Shown here: in pieces, positions 28,497 to 36,957 of the stretch
Layout: the number at the start of each line of letters is the position of its first letter
How positions within the stretch are numbered: position 1 is the first letter of the stretch
NCBI GenBank assembly: GCA_964402535.1
Contig: CAYOCH010000003.1
Span: 1,825 to 65,824, forward strand
Direction of reading: 5' to 3'
Origin: an uncultured Candidatus Saccharibacteria bacterium
Lineage (GTDB): Bacteria; Patescibacteriota; Minisyncoccia; Phycocordibacterales; Phycocordibacteraceae
DNA length: 64,000 nt
Position numbers and translations under genes: made by a program
Notes under the pieces: generated by a model
Told to the model about the DNA's origin: nothing
Seen by the model: the letters and a program-made list of their open reading frames with translations, nothing else
Database searches by the model: none

Positions 28497-28769
28497 ATGG
28501 AAACGAAACTCACCCGCCCGCAGTCCTTCACCGGCACCGTCGTCAAGACGGCGATGCAGGAGACTGCCACGGTCAAGGTCGACCGCTACGTCAAGAACGC
28601 CAAGTACAAGAAGTACTTCGTGCGCTCCAAGAAGTACCTCGCGCACAATGCCGGCAACGCGGCGAAGGTCGGCGACACGGTGACGATCGTCGCCACGCGC
28701 CCCATCTCCAAGATGAAGCGCTTCGCGATCGACGCTGCGAAGACGGTGAGCTCGGAGACTAACGACTAA
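28497..28769 (+). CDS. rpsQ: 30S ribosomal protein S17
   Basis: GTVVKTAMQETATVKVDRYVKNAKYKKY, typical of S17. Confidence 0.93.
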   Translation: METKLTRPQSFTGTVVKTAMQETATVKVDRYVKNAKYKKYFVRSKKYLAHNAGNAAKVGDTVTIVATRPISKMKRFAIDAAKTVSSETND

Positions 28770-28771
28770 GT

Positions 28772-29149
28772 ATGTTGCAGGATCGCTCCATCGTCACAGT
28801 TGCAGACAACACCGGCGGTCAGGTCGCCCGCATCTTCAAGGTGCTCGGCGGCTCTAAGCGCCGCTACGCCGGCATCGGCGACACGGTCGTCGTCTCGATC
28901 CAGACCGCGCAGCCGCGCAAGGCGGTGAAGAAGAAGGATATCTTCCGCGCGGTGGTCGTCCGCCAGGTGAAGCCCTTCGCCCGCAAGGACGGCAGCTATA
29001 TCCGCTTCGACGAGAACGCCGTCGTGCTGATCGAGAAGCAGGGCAAGGAGATGGGCCCCAAGGGCAACCGCATCTTCGGTCCGGTCCCGCGCGAGCTCTC
29101 GGAGCGCGGCTGGCACAACATCGTCGCATTGGCGCCGGAGGTCGTCTAA
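28772..29149 (+). CDS. rplN: 50S ribosomal protein L14
   Basis: MLQDRSIVTVADNTGGQVARIFKVLGGSKRRYAGIGD, canonical L14 (MIQ..T.L.V.DNSGA). Confidence 0.96.
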   Translation: MLQDRSIVTVADNTGGQVARIFKVLGGSKRRYAGIGDTVVVSIQTAQPRKAVKKKDIFRAVVVRQVKPFARKDGSYIRFDENAVVLIEKQGKEMGPKGNRIFGPVPRELSERGWHNIVALAPEVV

Positions 29150-29159
29150 CTATTTACGT

Positions 29160-29417
29160 ATGAAGGTCAAGAAAGGAGACAAGGTAAAGGTGATCACGGG
29201 CAAGGACAAGGGCAAGTCCGGCGTCGTGCTGCACGCCTACCCCAAGAAGAACGCGGTCGTCGTCGAGGGCGTCGCGCTCTACAAGCGCCACCTGAAGACG
29301 CGCACCGATCAATCCGGTCGCATCATCGAGCGTCCGCGCGCGATCGACGCGTCGAACGTCGCAGTCGTCGAGTCCGCTAAGTCCGCCAAAGGCGGATCCG
29401 CCTCCGGTGGAAAATAA
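29160..29417 (+). CDS. rplX: 50S ribosomal protein L24 (C-terminal tail ends ...KGGSASGGK)
   Basis: KVKKGDKVKVITGKDKGKSGVV, canonical L24 KOW motif; the last 8 codons encode GGSASGGK. Confidence 0.94.
   Translation: MKVKKGDKVKVITGKDKGKSGVVLHAYPKKNAVVVEGVALYKRHLKTRTDQSGRIIERPRAIDASNVAVVESAKSAKGGSASGGK
29391..29414 (+). repeat. 24-nt GGSASGGK-coding segment, copy 1 (rplX tail)
   Basis: GGCGGATCCGCCTCCGGTGGAAAA; near-identical segments at 30440-30463 and 31432-31455. Confidence 0.7.
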
Positions 29418-29425
29418 TCATCTGT

Positions 29426-29977
29426 ATGTCGATCACCAAACAGCGCCAGCAGACCGCCTATCAGGCACTCTCACAGGACTTCGGGTACACGAGCCCGATG
29501 CAGGGTCCGCGCCTCTCGAAGGTCGTGGTCTCGACCGGCGTCGGCAAGAAGCGCGACAAGAAACAGATCGAGCTCATCTCTGATCGTCTCGCTAAGATCA
29601 CGGGGCAGAAGGCGGCGCCGCGCGCCGCGCGCCTCTCGATCGCATCCTTCAAGGTGCGCGAGGGCGACACGGTCGGTCTCCAGGTCACGCTCCGCGGCGC
29701 GCGGATGTACGACTTCCTCGACAAGCTGATCCATATCACGCTCCCGCGTACGCGCGACTTCCGCGGCCTCTCGGCTAAGGCGATCGACGACATGGGCAAC
29801 ATGACGATCGGCATCAAGGAGCACACCATCTTCCCGGAGACCGCAGATGAGGACTTGAAGGACGTGTTCGGGCTCGCCGTGACGATCGTCACGACGGCTA
29901 AGTCGAAGAGTGAGGCCGAGGCGTTCCTGCGCCACATCGGGCTCCCGCTTATCGTTGACGGAGGCGTAAAACGCTGA
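29426..29977 (+). CDS. rplE: 50S ribosomal protein L5
   Basis: 183 aa with the conserved L5 C-terminal TIVTTAK... Confidence 0.95.
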   Translation: MSITKQRQQTAYQALSQDFGYTSPMQGPRLSKVVVSTGVGKKRDKKQIELISDRLAKITGQKAAPRAARLSIASFKVREGDTVGLQVTLRGARMYDFLDKLIHITLPRTRDFRGLSAKAIDDMGNMTIGIKEHTIFPETADEDLKDVFGLAVTIVTTAKSKSEAEAFLRHIGLPLIVDGGVKR

Positions 29978-30011
29978 TAATCTCAAGGTACGCTCCCCGG
30001 AGCATTTTTTT

Positions 30012-30281
30012 ATGGCTAAAACATCCCAGCTGGCGCGCCTCGCAAAGAAGGCGAAACTCGTCAAGAAGTACGCGGCAAAGCGTGCTGCCTTGAAGGCTGC
30101 CGGGGATTCAGAAGGCCTCCAGAAGCTCCCCCGCAACTCCTCGCCGGTCCGCTTGAAGAACCGCTGCGCTATCACCGGCCGCTCGCGCGGCTATATGCGC
30201 ACGTTCGGCCTCTCGCGCATCAAGTTCCGCGAGCTCGCACGCGAGGGCAAGATCCCGGGCGTTAAGAAAGCATCATGGTAA
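30012..30281 (+). CDS. rpsN: 30S ribosomal protein S14 (long, non-zinc type)
   Basis: 89 aa with the [42 protein letters not shown]-terminus. Confidence 0.93.
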   Translation: MAKTSQLARLAKKAKLVKKYAAKRAALKAAGDSEGLQKLPRNSSPVRLKNRCAITGRSRGYMRTFGLSRIKFRELAREGKIPGVKKASW

Positions 30282-30691
30282 CTGACCGCGTCGGCGATTT
30301 CATCATCCGTCTCCAGAATGCCGCCCTTATCGGCAAGGCAGACGTCGTTGTCGCGCACTCGAGCCATCTCGAGGCGATCGCACGCAAGCTCCGTGAGCTC
30401 GGTTTCATCACCGTAGTCGAGGTCGTCGCGCCCGCCGCAGGCGGGTCCGCCTCCGGCGGAAAGCGGACGCTGGTTGCAAAACTTGCCTACGACGAGCGCG
30501 GCGTCGCCAAGCTCCGCGGCGTGAAGCGCATCTCGAAGCCGGGCCGCCGCCTCTATGTCGGCGCAGCCGACGCGCACACGGTGAAGGGCGGCACGGGCGC
30601 GCGCCTCATCTCGACCTCTGCTGGCGTGATTTCCGACAAGGAGGCGCGCAAGGAGGGCAAGGGCGGCGAGAATCTCTTCGAGATCTGGTAA
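30275..30691 (+). CDS. rpsH: 30S ribosomal protein S8 (internal GGSASGGK loop)
   Basis: [16 protein letters not shown] and the C-terminal GGENLFEIW match S8; a loop between beta-strands carries [11 protein letters not shown]. Confidence 0.94.
   Translation: MVTDRVGDFIIRLQNAALIGKADVVVAHSSHLEAIARKLRELGFITVVEVVAPAAGGSASGGKRTLVAKLAYDERGVAKLRGVKRISKPGRRLYVGAADAHTVKGGTGARLISTSAGVISDKEARKEGKGGENLFEIW
30440..30463 (+). repeat. 24-nt GGSASGGK-coding segment, copy 2 (rpsH loop)
   Basis: GGCGGGTCCGCCTCCGGCGGAAAG. Confidence 0.7.
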
Positions 30692-30701
30692 CTGTTTACG
30701 T

Positions 30702-31232
30702 ATGTCCCGCCTCGCTAAGAAACCTATAGCAGTCGGAAAGGCCGAAGTCTCGGTCGCCGGAGGCGTGCTCACCGTGAAGGGCCCGAAGGGCACCCTCACG
30801 AAGCGCGTCCATCCGACCGTCTCGGTCACGGTCGAGAACGGCGGGGTCATGATCGCGCCGAAGGACAGCTCACGCCTCGCAAAGGCACTCACGGGCACCT
30901 TCGCCTCGCATGTGAAGAACATGATCACGGGCGTCGAGACGCCGTATGTGAAGAAGCTCGTCCTCGACGGCGTCGGCTACCGCATGGAGGTGAAAGGGAA
31001 GGAGGTCGTCCTCACGGTCGGCTTCTCGCACACGGTGCCGGTCGCGATCCCCGAGGACATCACCGCCAAGGTCGAGAAGAACGTGATGACGCTCGAGTCG
31101 ATCAACAAGGAGTCCGTCGGCCAGTTCGCCGCCGATATCCGTCGCATCAAGCCGCCGGAGCCGTACCTCGGCAAGGGCATCCATTATGAGGGCGAGGTGA
31201 TCCGCCGCAAGCAGGGCAAGAAGGCCGTCTAA
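30702..31232 (+). CDS. rplF: 50S ribosomal protein L6
   Basis: MSRLAKKPIAVGKAEVSVAGGVLTVKGPKG, canonical L6. Confidence 0.96.
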   Translation: MSRLAKKPIAVGKAEVSVAGGVLTVKGPKGTLTKRVHPTVSVTVENGGVMIAPKDSSRLAKALTGTFASHVKNMITGVETPYVKKLVLDGVGYRMEVKGKEVVLTVGFSHTVPVAIPEDITAKVEKNVMTLESINKESVGQFAADIRRIKPPEPYLGKGIHYEGEVIRRKQGKKAV

Positions 31233-31236
31233 TACC

Positions 31237-31620
31237 ATGAACCGCAAACCCACGACCAAGAGCGAACTCCGCGACCGCCGCCACGAGCGCATCCGCGCTA
31301 TCGTGCAGGGCACTGCGGCGCGCCCGCGCCTCGCGGTCTACAAGAGCAACCGCTTCGTCTCGGCGCAGCTTATCGACGACGCAGCAAGGAAGACGCTCGC
31401 ATCCGTGCACGGCCGCGAGTTCTCCACCAAAGGCGGATCCGCCTCTGGCGGGAAGGGCCTGTCGCAGTCGGTGCAGGCGAGTTCGGTGGGTGAGGCTATC
31501 GCCACGAAGGCGAAGGGTCTCGGCGTCTCCTCGGTCGTGTTCGACCGCGGTGGCTACCGCTATGCCGGCCTCGTGAAGACGCTCGCGGATGCCGCGCGCG
31601 CTGCAGGACTCGCGTTTTAA
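31237..31620 (+). CDS. rplR: 50S ribosomal protein L18 (internal GGSASGGK loop)
   Basis: C-terminal VFDRGGYRYAGLVKTLADAARAAGLAF is canonical L18; a loop carries [11 protein letters not shown]. Confidence 0.94.
   Translation: MNRKPTTKSELRDRRHERIRAIVQGTAARPRLAVYKSNRFVSAQLIDDAARKTLASVHGREFSTKGGSASGGKGLSQSVQASSVGEAIATKAKGLGVSSVVFDRGGYRYAGLVKTLADAARAAGLAF
31432..31455 (+). repeat. 24-nt GGSASGGK-coding segment, copy 3 (rplR loop)
   Basis: GGCGGATCCGCCTCTGGCGGGAAG. Confidence 0.7.
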
Positions 31621-31624
31621 TGCT

Positions 31625-32209
31625 ATGACTACGATGATGGAACAGGACAAGGCAGTAGGGAACGCACCGGATACGGCAGCAGCGCCCTCCGGCGAGATGC
31701 GCGAGCGCGCAGGGCGTGGCTCGCTCCGCGGCCGTGCGCCGCGCGGCGGCGGCCGTGCACGCCCTGCGCGCGAGCGCGGCGAGTTCGATCAGGTGACGAT
31801 CGATGCGCGCCGCGTGGCTCGCGTCATGGCCGGCGGCCGTCGCTTCAACTTCTCGCTCGTCGTCGTGATCGGCGACCATAAGGGTCGCGTCGGCGTCGGT
31901 CTCGGCAAGGGCGTCGACACGGCGCTCGCGATCGACAAGGCGACCCGAGACGCCAAGAAGAACCTCATCACCGTCCCGCGCACCTCTTCGGGCTCGATCC
32001 CGCACCAGGTCTCCAAGAAGTACGCCTCCTCGATCATCGAGATCATGCCGTCGAAGGGCCGCGGTCTCGTCGCCGGCTCGGCGATGCGCACCGTGCTCGA
32101 TCTCGCCGGCGTGACCGACGTAGTGACCAAGATCCACTCGCGCTCTAAGAACAAGCTCACGATCGCGCGCGCGACGATCGGCGCCCTGAAGAAGCTCCGC
32201 ACGGCCTAA
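31625..32209 (+). CDS. rpsE: 30S ribosomal protein S5 (Arg/Gly-rich N-terminal extension)
   Basis: The ATG at 31625 follows the rplR stop; S5 core VIGDHKGRVGVGLGKG...GSAMRTVLDLAGV. Confidence 0.93.
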   Translation: MTTMMEQDKAVGNAPDTAAAPSGEMRERAGRGSLRGRAPRGGGRARPARERGEFDQVTIDARRVARVMAGGRRFNFSLVVVIGDHKGRVGVGLGKGVDTALAIDKATRDAKKNLITVPRTSSGSIPHQVSKKYASSIIEIMPSKGRGLVAGSAMRTVLDLAGVTDVVTKIHSRSKNKLTIARATIGALKKLRTA

Positions 32210-32219
32210 CCGCTTTACC

Positions 32220-32699
32220 ATGCAGCTCAACACGATCTCTCCTCGCACGAAGAACACCAAGCGCCCGGCTGTCGGACGCGGCGGCAAGCGCGGCAAGACC
32301 TCGGGCCGTGGCGGCAAGGGCCAGACGGCGCGCGCCGGCCACAAGATCCGCCCGGCCGTCCGTGACCTGATCTGGAAGCTCCCGAAACGCCGCGGCCACG
32401 GCAAGAACCGCTCGCGCACCGTCCGCACGAACCGCATCGCGGCCTCGGTCGTGAACCTCGCAGCGCTCGAGGCAGCCTATAACGCAGGTGAGACGGTCAC
32501 GCCGGCGTCGCTTCTCGCTAAGGGGCTCGTCCGTCGCGCTAAGGGCCGCGCGCCTGAGGTGAAGATCCTCGGCACCGGCACCATCTCTAAGGCACTCATC
32601 GTGAAGGGTTGTGCAGTCTCTGAAAACGCGGCAAAGGCGATACTAGCGGCAGGCGGTTCATCCAGCACTGACATTAGAGCTGGACAAGGCCATGCTTAA
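32220..32699 (+). CDS. rplO: 50S ribosomal protein L15
   Basis: MQLNTISP...GRGGKRGKTSGRGGKGQ, canonical L15. It directly follows rpsE, with no rpmD/L30 gene between them. Confidence 0.95.
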   Translation: MQLNTISPRTKNTKRPAVGRGGKRGKTSGRGGKGQTARAGHKIRPAVRDLIWKLPKRRGHGKNRSRTVRTNRIAASVVNLAALEAAYNAGETVTPASLLAKGLVRRAKGRAPEVKILGTGTISKALIVKGCAVSENAAKAILAAGGSSSTDIRAGQGHA

Positions 32700-33966
32700 T
32701 TCTTTCGTACACAAGCTCAAGCTCGCATTCGGCGATTCCGAGATCCGCTTCCGCATCCTCTTCTTGATCGGCGCCTTGGCGCTCTTCCGCCTCCTGGCGT
32801 CGATCCCGGTCCCGGGCGTCGACAAGAACGCGCTCGCCGCGTTCTTCGCGAACAACCAGTTCTTCGGTCTCTTGAATATCTTCTCGGGCGGCGGGCTCTC
32901 GCGCCTCTCGATCGTGATGCTCGGCGTCGGCCCCTACATCACCGCCTCGATCATCATGCAGCTCGGAACGATCATCTTCCCGCAGGTGAAGCAGGCCTAC
33001 TTTGAAGAGGGTGAGGCCGGCCGCGCCAAGTTCATCGGCTGGAGCCGCCTTCTCACGATCCCTATCGCGATCCTGCAGGGCATCGGCTTTCTCTTCCTCC
33101 TCGAGAGCCAGGGCGTGATCGCGCAGCTCTCGACCCTCGCACTTGTCGCGAACATCGCGGTCATCGCCGCCGGTTCGATGCTCCTCATGTGGCTCGGTGA
33201 GCTCGTGACCGAGTTCGGTATCGGCAACGGCGTCTCGCTTATCATCCTCGCGGGCATCCTCGCGCGCGTGCCGACCTCGATCTCTGAGACCCTCTTCGCA
33301 GCGACCGCGGCGAACATTCCTGCCTTCGTTGGATTCGCCGCGCTCTCACTCGCGATGATCTATGCGGTCGTGGTCGTCTCTGACGCAGAGCGCTCGATTC
33401 CGATCGCGTACGCACGCGCTGTCCGCGGCGCCGCGCTCTCGCAGGGCGCAGCCACCTATCTCCCGATCCGCCTCCTCCAGGCCGGCGTGATCCCAATCAT
33501 CTTCGCGCTCTCGCTCCTCCTCTTGCCGCAGATGGCGCTCTCGGCGCTCGGCGCGTTCAAGATCTCGTTCGCCTCTTCGGCGGCGCTCTGGTACAGCACG
33601 TTCCTCGCTGACCCGTGGAAGTACGGCGCGGTCTACTTCGTCCTCGTCGTCCTCTTTACCTACTTCTACACGGCCGTCACCTTCGAGCCGCACCGCGTCG
33701 CAGAGAACCTGCAGAAGACCGGCGCCTTCGTCCCCGGTGTGCGACCGGGCCGCGAGACTGAGGAGTATATCGGCAAGGTCGTTACGCGCATCACCTTCCC
33801 GGGTGCGTGCTTCCTCGGTCTCCTCGCGGTCGCGCCGTCGGTGATCCAGGGGCTCACGGGCGTCACGACGCTCGTGCTTGGCGGTACGGCGCTCCTCATC
33901 GCCGTCCAGGTGGCTCTCGACCTTGCGCAGAAGATCAACGCTCAGGTCTCGCTCCGCGAATACTAA
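32692..33966 (+). CDS. secY: preprotein translocase subunit SecY
   Basis: 424 aa with 10 TM helices and conserved SIVMLGVGPYITASIIMQL. Confidence 0.97.
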   Translation: MLNSFVHKLKLAFGDSEIRFRILFLIGALALFRLLASIPVPGVDKNALAAFFANNQFFGLLNIFSGGGLSRLSIVMLGVGPYITASIIMQLGTIIFPQVKQAYFEEGEAGRAKFIGWSRLLTIPIAILQGIGFLFLLESQGVIAQLSTLALVANIAVIAAGSMLLMWLGELVTEFGIGNGVSLIILAGILARVPTSISETLFAATAANIPAFVGFAALSLAMIYAVVVVSDAERSIPIAYARAVRGAALSQGAATYLPIRLLQAGVIPIIFALSLLLLPQMALSALGAFKISFASSAALWYSTFLADPWKYGAVYFVLVVLFTYFYTAVTFEPHRVAENLQKTGAFVPGVRPGRETEEYIGKVVTRITFPGACFLGLLAVAPSVIQGLTGVTTLVLGGTALLIAVQVALDLAQKINAQVSLREY

Positions 33967-33977
33967 AGGCAGAAGGG

Positions 33978-34012
33978 GACAGCGCCGGCTCGCGCCGGCG
34001 CTGTTTACTTTT
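33978..34012 (+). terminator. intrinsic terminator after secY
   Basis: ACAGCGCCGGC-tcg-GCCGGCGCTGT followed by TTACTTTTAT. Confidence 0.75.
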
Positions 34013-34091
34013 ATAGAATATATGGTATCATAGTCACAGACTTACGGCATGCGCATGGGGCGCACGTTACGGGTCTTTCAAGGAGATAGTC

Positions 34092-34754
34092 ATGCAACGT
34101 AAGAGAATCGATCCGATTGCCCAATTGCTCGGGACATACTTCAACGCAGCACAGGTGATGAGCGAGGCGGTTTCGGCTTGTGGTGGCAACATGGCGCAAG
34201 CCATTATGCTCATCGGCAGGGAGCCGCGCGTGCACAAGACCGAAATCGATGACATTGCAGCAATTCTCGCGAGAATGTCGCCGCAACAACAAATCTTCAC
34301 GATCCAGCGCGGCATGGGCTGGACCAATCCGGAATTGCTCCTCAACTCGAGTCTCGAGGAGGTGCCCGACGAGGTTGTCGACTATATCAGGTCCGAAGAC
34401 TTCGTCGTGTCATTACCCGAGGAGTCCGCAGATATCGTGCTCCTGGATTTCGGGCGCCATGTCCATACTCGCGCGGTGCTCGACGCATGCAAAGGTCACC
34501 TGTATGAGTGGCCATGGGCAGAAGATGCACTCCATTTCGCGCGGACGTACCCTGCGGAGCTGCAGCGCGGCAGGATCATCTTCCTCCACCGCGCGTGGCG
34601 CATGAATAATGATAACCACGTGCTCGCGCTCGACATGCACGACGGCAAGCGCCGGCTACGTTTCGTCCAGCTCGAGGAACGGGCCTGGGGTGAGAACGAT
34701 CGCTTCGCGGTCATCAAGCCGCGACACTACGAAACGCGCACTGCACAAGACTAA
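34092..34754 (+). CDS. hypothetical protein (orphan gene inserted between secY and adk)
   Basis: 220 aa; SD AAGGAG 8 nt upstream of the ATG; its own terminators before and after; moderately lower GC; no recognisable motif. Confidence 0.6.
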   Translation: MQRKRIDPIAQLLGTYFNAAQVMSEAVSACGGNMAQAIMLIGREPRVHKTEIDDIAAILARMSPQQQIFTIQRGMGWTNPELLLNSSLEEVPDEVVDYIRSEDFVVSLPEESADIVLLDFGRHVHTRAVLDACKGHLYEWPWAEDALHFARTYPAELQRGRIIFLHRAWRMNNDNHVLALDMHDGKRRLRFVQLEERAWGENDRFAVIKPRHYETRTAQD

Positions 34755-34769
34755 ATGCACGTTCGCTTC

Positions 34770-34804
34770 ACGCCGCCTCTTCGGAGGCGGCGTTTTGTTT
34801 TTAT
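34770..34804 (+). terminator. intrinsic terminator
   Basis: ACGCCGCCTC-ttcg-GAGGCGGCGT followed by TTTGTTTTTAT. Confidence 0.8.
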
Positions 34805-34828
34805 CGCTCCGCTTGCTAGAGTGAGCCG

Positions 34829-35398
34829 ATGGATAAACCAATCGTATTTTTCATAGGCAAGCCCGGGAGCGGGAAGGGGACCCAAGCCGAGCTCCTCGCC
34901 AAGGCGACAGGCTGGCCGGTCTTCGGCACGAGCGGCGGGCTGCGCGAGATCGTCGCGACCGGCACCTCTGCCGGGCACAAGCTCAAGCAGGAGATGGACA
35001 GCGGCGGCCTCACGCCCTACTGGGTCGCCTCCTACGTCTACCTGAAGGCGATATTCGGCGTCGGCGACGACAGCACGATCATCTTCGACGGCACGAGCCG
35101 CACGGTCGCCGAGACCAAGATCGTGGCCGACTCCTTGAAGTGGCTGGGCCGCCCGTACCGCATCTTCCATCTCACCGTGCCCGACGAGGAGGTGCACAAG
35201 CGCATCGCGCTGCGCAAAGAGACCGGCGGCCGCGCCGACGACCACCCAGAGGCGGTTGCGCGTCGGCTTGAGGCCTACTACGCCGATACCGACGGATCCA
35301 TCAATCTTCTCCGCGACGAAGGGATGCTGACCGACATCGACGGTCACCGCCCGCCCGAGGTAATCGCGGCAGAGGTGCGGCAGATCCTCAATATCTGA
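34829..35398 (+). CDS. adk: adenylate kinase (short-lid type)
   Basis: P-loop IGKPGSGKGTQ; 189 aa. Confidence 0.9.
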   Translation: MDKPIVFFIGKPGSGKGTQAELLAKATGWPVFGTSGGLREIVATGTSAGHKLKQEMDSGGLTPYWVASYVYLKAIFGVGDDSTIIFDGTSRTVAETKIVADSLKWLGRPYRIFHLTVPDEEVHKRIALRKETGGRADDHPEAVARRLEAYYADTDGSINLLRDEGMLTDIDGHRPPEVIAAEVRQILNI

Positions 35399-36162
35399 TG
35401 ACAATCACGAGCGACAGGCAGCGAGAGAGCCTCATCGAAGCGGGCAAGCGCCTTGCCGCTGTGCTGCGCGCGCTCGAGGCTGCGGTCGCGCCTGGCGTGA
35501 CTGCTGAAGAGCTCGACGACCTGGCCGAGCGGCTCATACGCGATGGCGGTGATGAGCCGTGCTTCCTCGGCTACACGCCAGAGGGAGCCAATCGGCCGTA
35601 TCCGGCGACCTTGTGCGTCTCAGTGAACGACGAGATCGTGCACGGCATCCCGAACGAGTCGGTGAAGACCTTGAAAGAGGGCGACATCGTCGGACTCGAC
35701 CTCGGCCTTAAGCACGATGGCGTGATCGTCGACGCAGCGATCACGGTGCCGGTGGGGAACGTGAGCGAGGAGACGAAGCGGCTCCTCTACGCGACCGAGA
35801 ATGCGCTCGCCGCGGGCATTGCCGCCACCGCGCCCGGCAAGCATGTGGGTGATATCGGTGCTGCGATCCAGAAGGAGATCGAGGCCGCCGGATTCAAGGT
35901 GGTGAAGGAGCTCGGCGGCCACGGCGTGGGCGAGTTCGTGCACGAGGAGCCGTTCATTCCCAACTACGGCAAGGCGGGCGAGGGCGAACTTCTCGTCGAG
36001 GGCATGGTGCTCGCGCTCGAGCCGATCTCTGCTGCCGGCAAGGCGTCAGTCATCCTCGCTCCCGACGGCTACACCTTCCGCACCAAGGACGGCTCACGCT
36101 CGGCACACTTCGAGCACACCATCTTGCTCGAGAAGTCGGGTGCGCGTATCATTACCGCATAG
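35398..36162 (+). CDS. map: type I methionine aminopeptidase
   Basis: 254 aa with pita-bread-fold motifs (VHGIP, GDIVGLDLG, HGVGEFVHEEP). Confidence 0.93.
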   Translation: MTITSDRQRESLIEAGKRLAAVLRALEAAVAPGVTAEELDDLAERLIRDGGDEPCFLGYTPEGANRPYPATLCVSVNDEIVHGIPNESVKTLKEGDIVGLDLGLKHDGVIVDAAITVPVGNVSEETKRLLYATENALAAGIAATAPGKHVGDIGAAIQKEIEAAGFKVVKELGGHGVGEFVHEEPFIPNYGKAGEGELLVEGMVLALEPISAAGKASVILAPDGYTFRTKDGSRSAHFEHTILLEKSGARIITA

Positions 36163-36189
36163 CCGCACCGGCTCTTATTTTTTATATCC

Positions 36190-36666
36190 ATGGCACACGC
36201 AAAAGAAGAGAAGACGCTTATCATCCTCAAGCCGGACGCGGTGCACCGCGGTCTCGTAGGCGAGGTCGTGAGCCGCTTCGAGCGCAAGGGCCTCAAGATC
36301 GTCGGCATGAAGATGATCCAGCTCGGCGACGCGCTCATCGACGCGCACTACGCGCATATCAAGGACAAGCCGTTCTTCGGCGGGATTAAGGATTTTATGA
36401 AGCGCGCGCCGGTCATCGTGATGGTGCTCTCGGGTATCGGTGCCGTCGCAGCGACGCGCATCATCGTCGGCCCGACGAAGGGCTACGAGGCGGCCGCCGG
36501 TACGATCCGCGGCGACCTCTCGCTCTCGACCCAGTCGAACATCGTGCACGCCTCTGACAGCGTCGAAACAGCGCAGGTCGAGGTGGCGCGCTTCTTTGCT
36601 GACAGCGAGCTCCTGGACTACGAGCGGAACGATTTCGGTTTCATCTACGCGGACGAGGTAGCATAA
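36190..36666 (+). CDS. ndk: nucleoside-diphosphate kinase
   Basis: ILKPDAV...GLKIVG...NIVHASDS contains the active-site His motif. Confidence 0.93.
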   Translation: MAHAKEEKTLIILKPDAVHRGLVGEVVSRFERKGLKIVGMKMIQLGDALIDAHYAHIKDKPFFGGIKDFMKRAPVIVMVLSGIGAVAATRIIVGPTKGYEAAAGTIRGDLSLSTQSNIVHASDSVETAQVEVARFFADSELLDYERNDFGFIYADEVA

Positions 36667-36668
36667 GC

Positions 36669-36699
36669 AAAAACCCCGCAAAGATGCGGGGTTTTTCGT
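36669..36699 (+). terminator. intrinsic terminator after ndk
   Basis: AAAAACCCCGC-aaagat-GCGGGGTTTTTCGTT. Confidence 0.85.
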
Positions 36700-36886
36700 T
36701 GTCCACATGGTTTCTTCACTAGCGGTCGGTATACTCGCTATAGGGTCGTTCCTTTTCAAGCAACTTGCCTAACGAACGGGAAGCTCGACATTGAGGCAGC
36801 CTTGGTGAATTCCGAAGAGGAGATCCGATAGATGCCGTTGCGGCGCCCACCTGGCAAGATAAAGTTGCATTTGGGAACGACTCTAC

Positions 36887-36918
36887 GAAAACGCCTCTCC
36901 TTCGGGAGAGGCGTTTTC
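36887..36918. terminator. strong symmetric hairpin with U-tracts on both sides in a 290-nt non-coding region
   Basis: GAAAACGCCTCTCC-ttcg-GGAGAGGCGTTTTC. Confidence 0.5.
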
Positions 36919-36922
36919 GTAC

Positions 36923-36940
36923 CCCGAGCGCAGTCGAGGG
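36923..36940. repeat. 18-nt repeat CCCGAGCGCAGTCGAGGG (copy 2, 18 nt upstream of the beta-CASP gene start)
   Basis: Identical to 21832-21849. Confidence 0.6.
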
Positions 36941-36957
36941 GTTGTGCATGCTAGAGT

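Noticed and set aside
34180-34605. 141-aa alternative-frame ORF inside the secY-adk orphan gene
   Set aside because: Overlaps the better-supported 220-aa frame (SD plus terminator context) and is Ser/Arg-rich.
36700-36957. Possible SRP/4.5S RNA or other ncRNA in the 290-nt gap after ndk (GGCAGCCTTGG stretch)
   Set aside because: The stretch does not match the conserved SRP domain IV (AGCAGCCAAGGCAG), and no tRNA T-loop or other family signature is present. Left as an unassigned leader/intergenic region. A 21-codon hydrophobic ORF at 36707-36772 is also unsupported.
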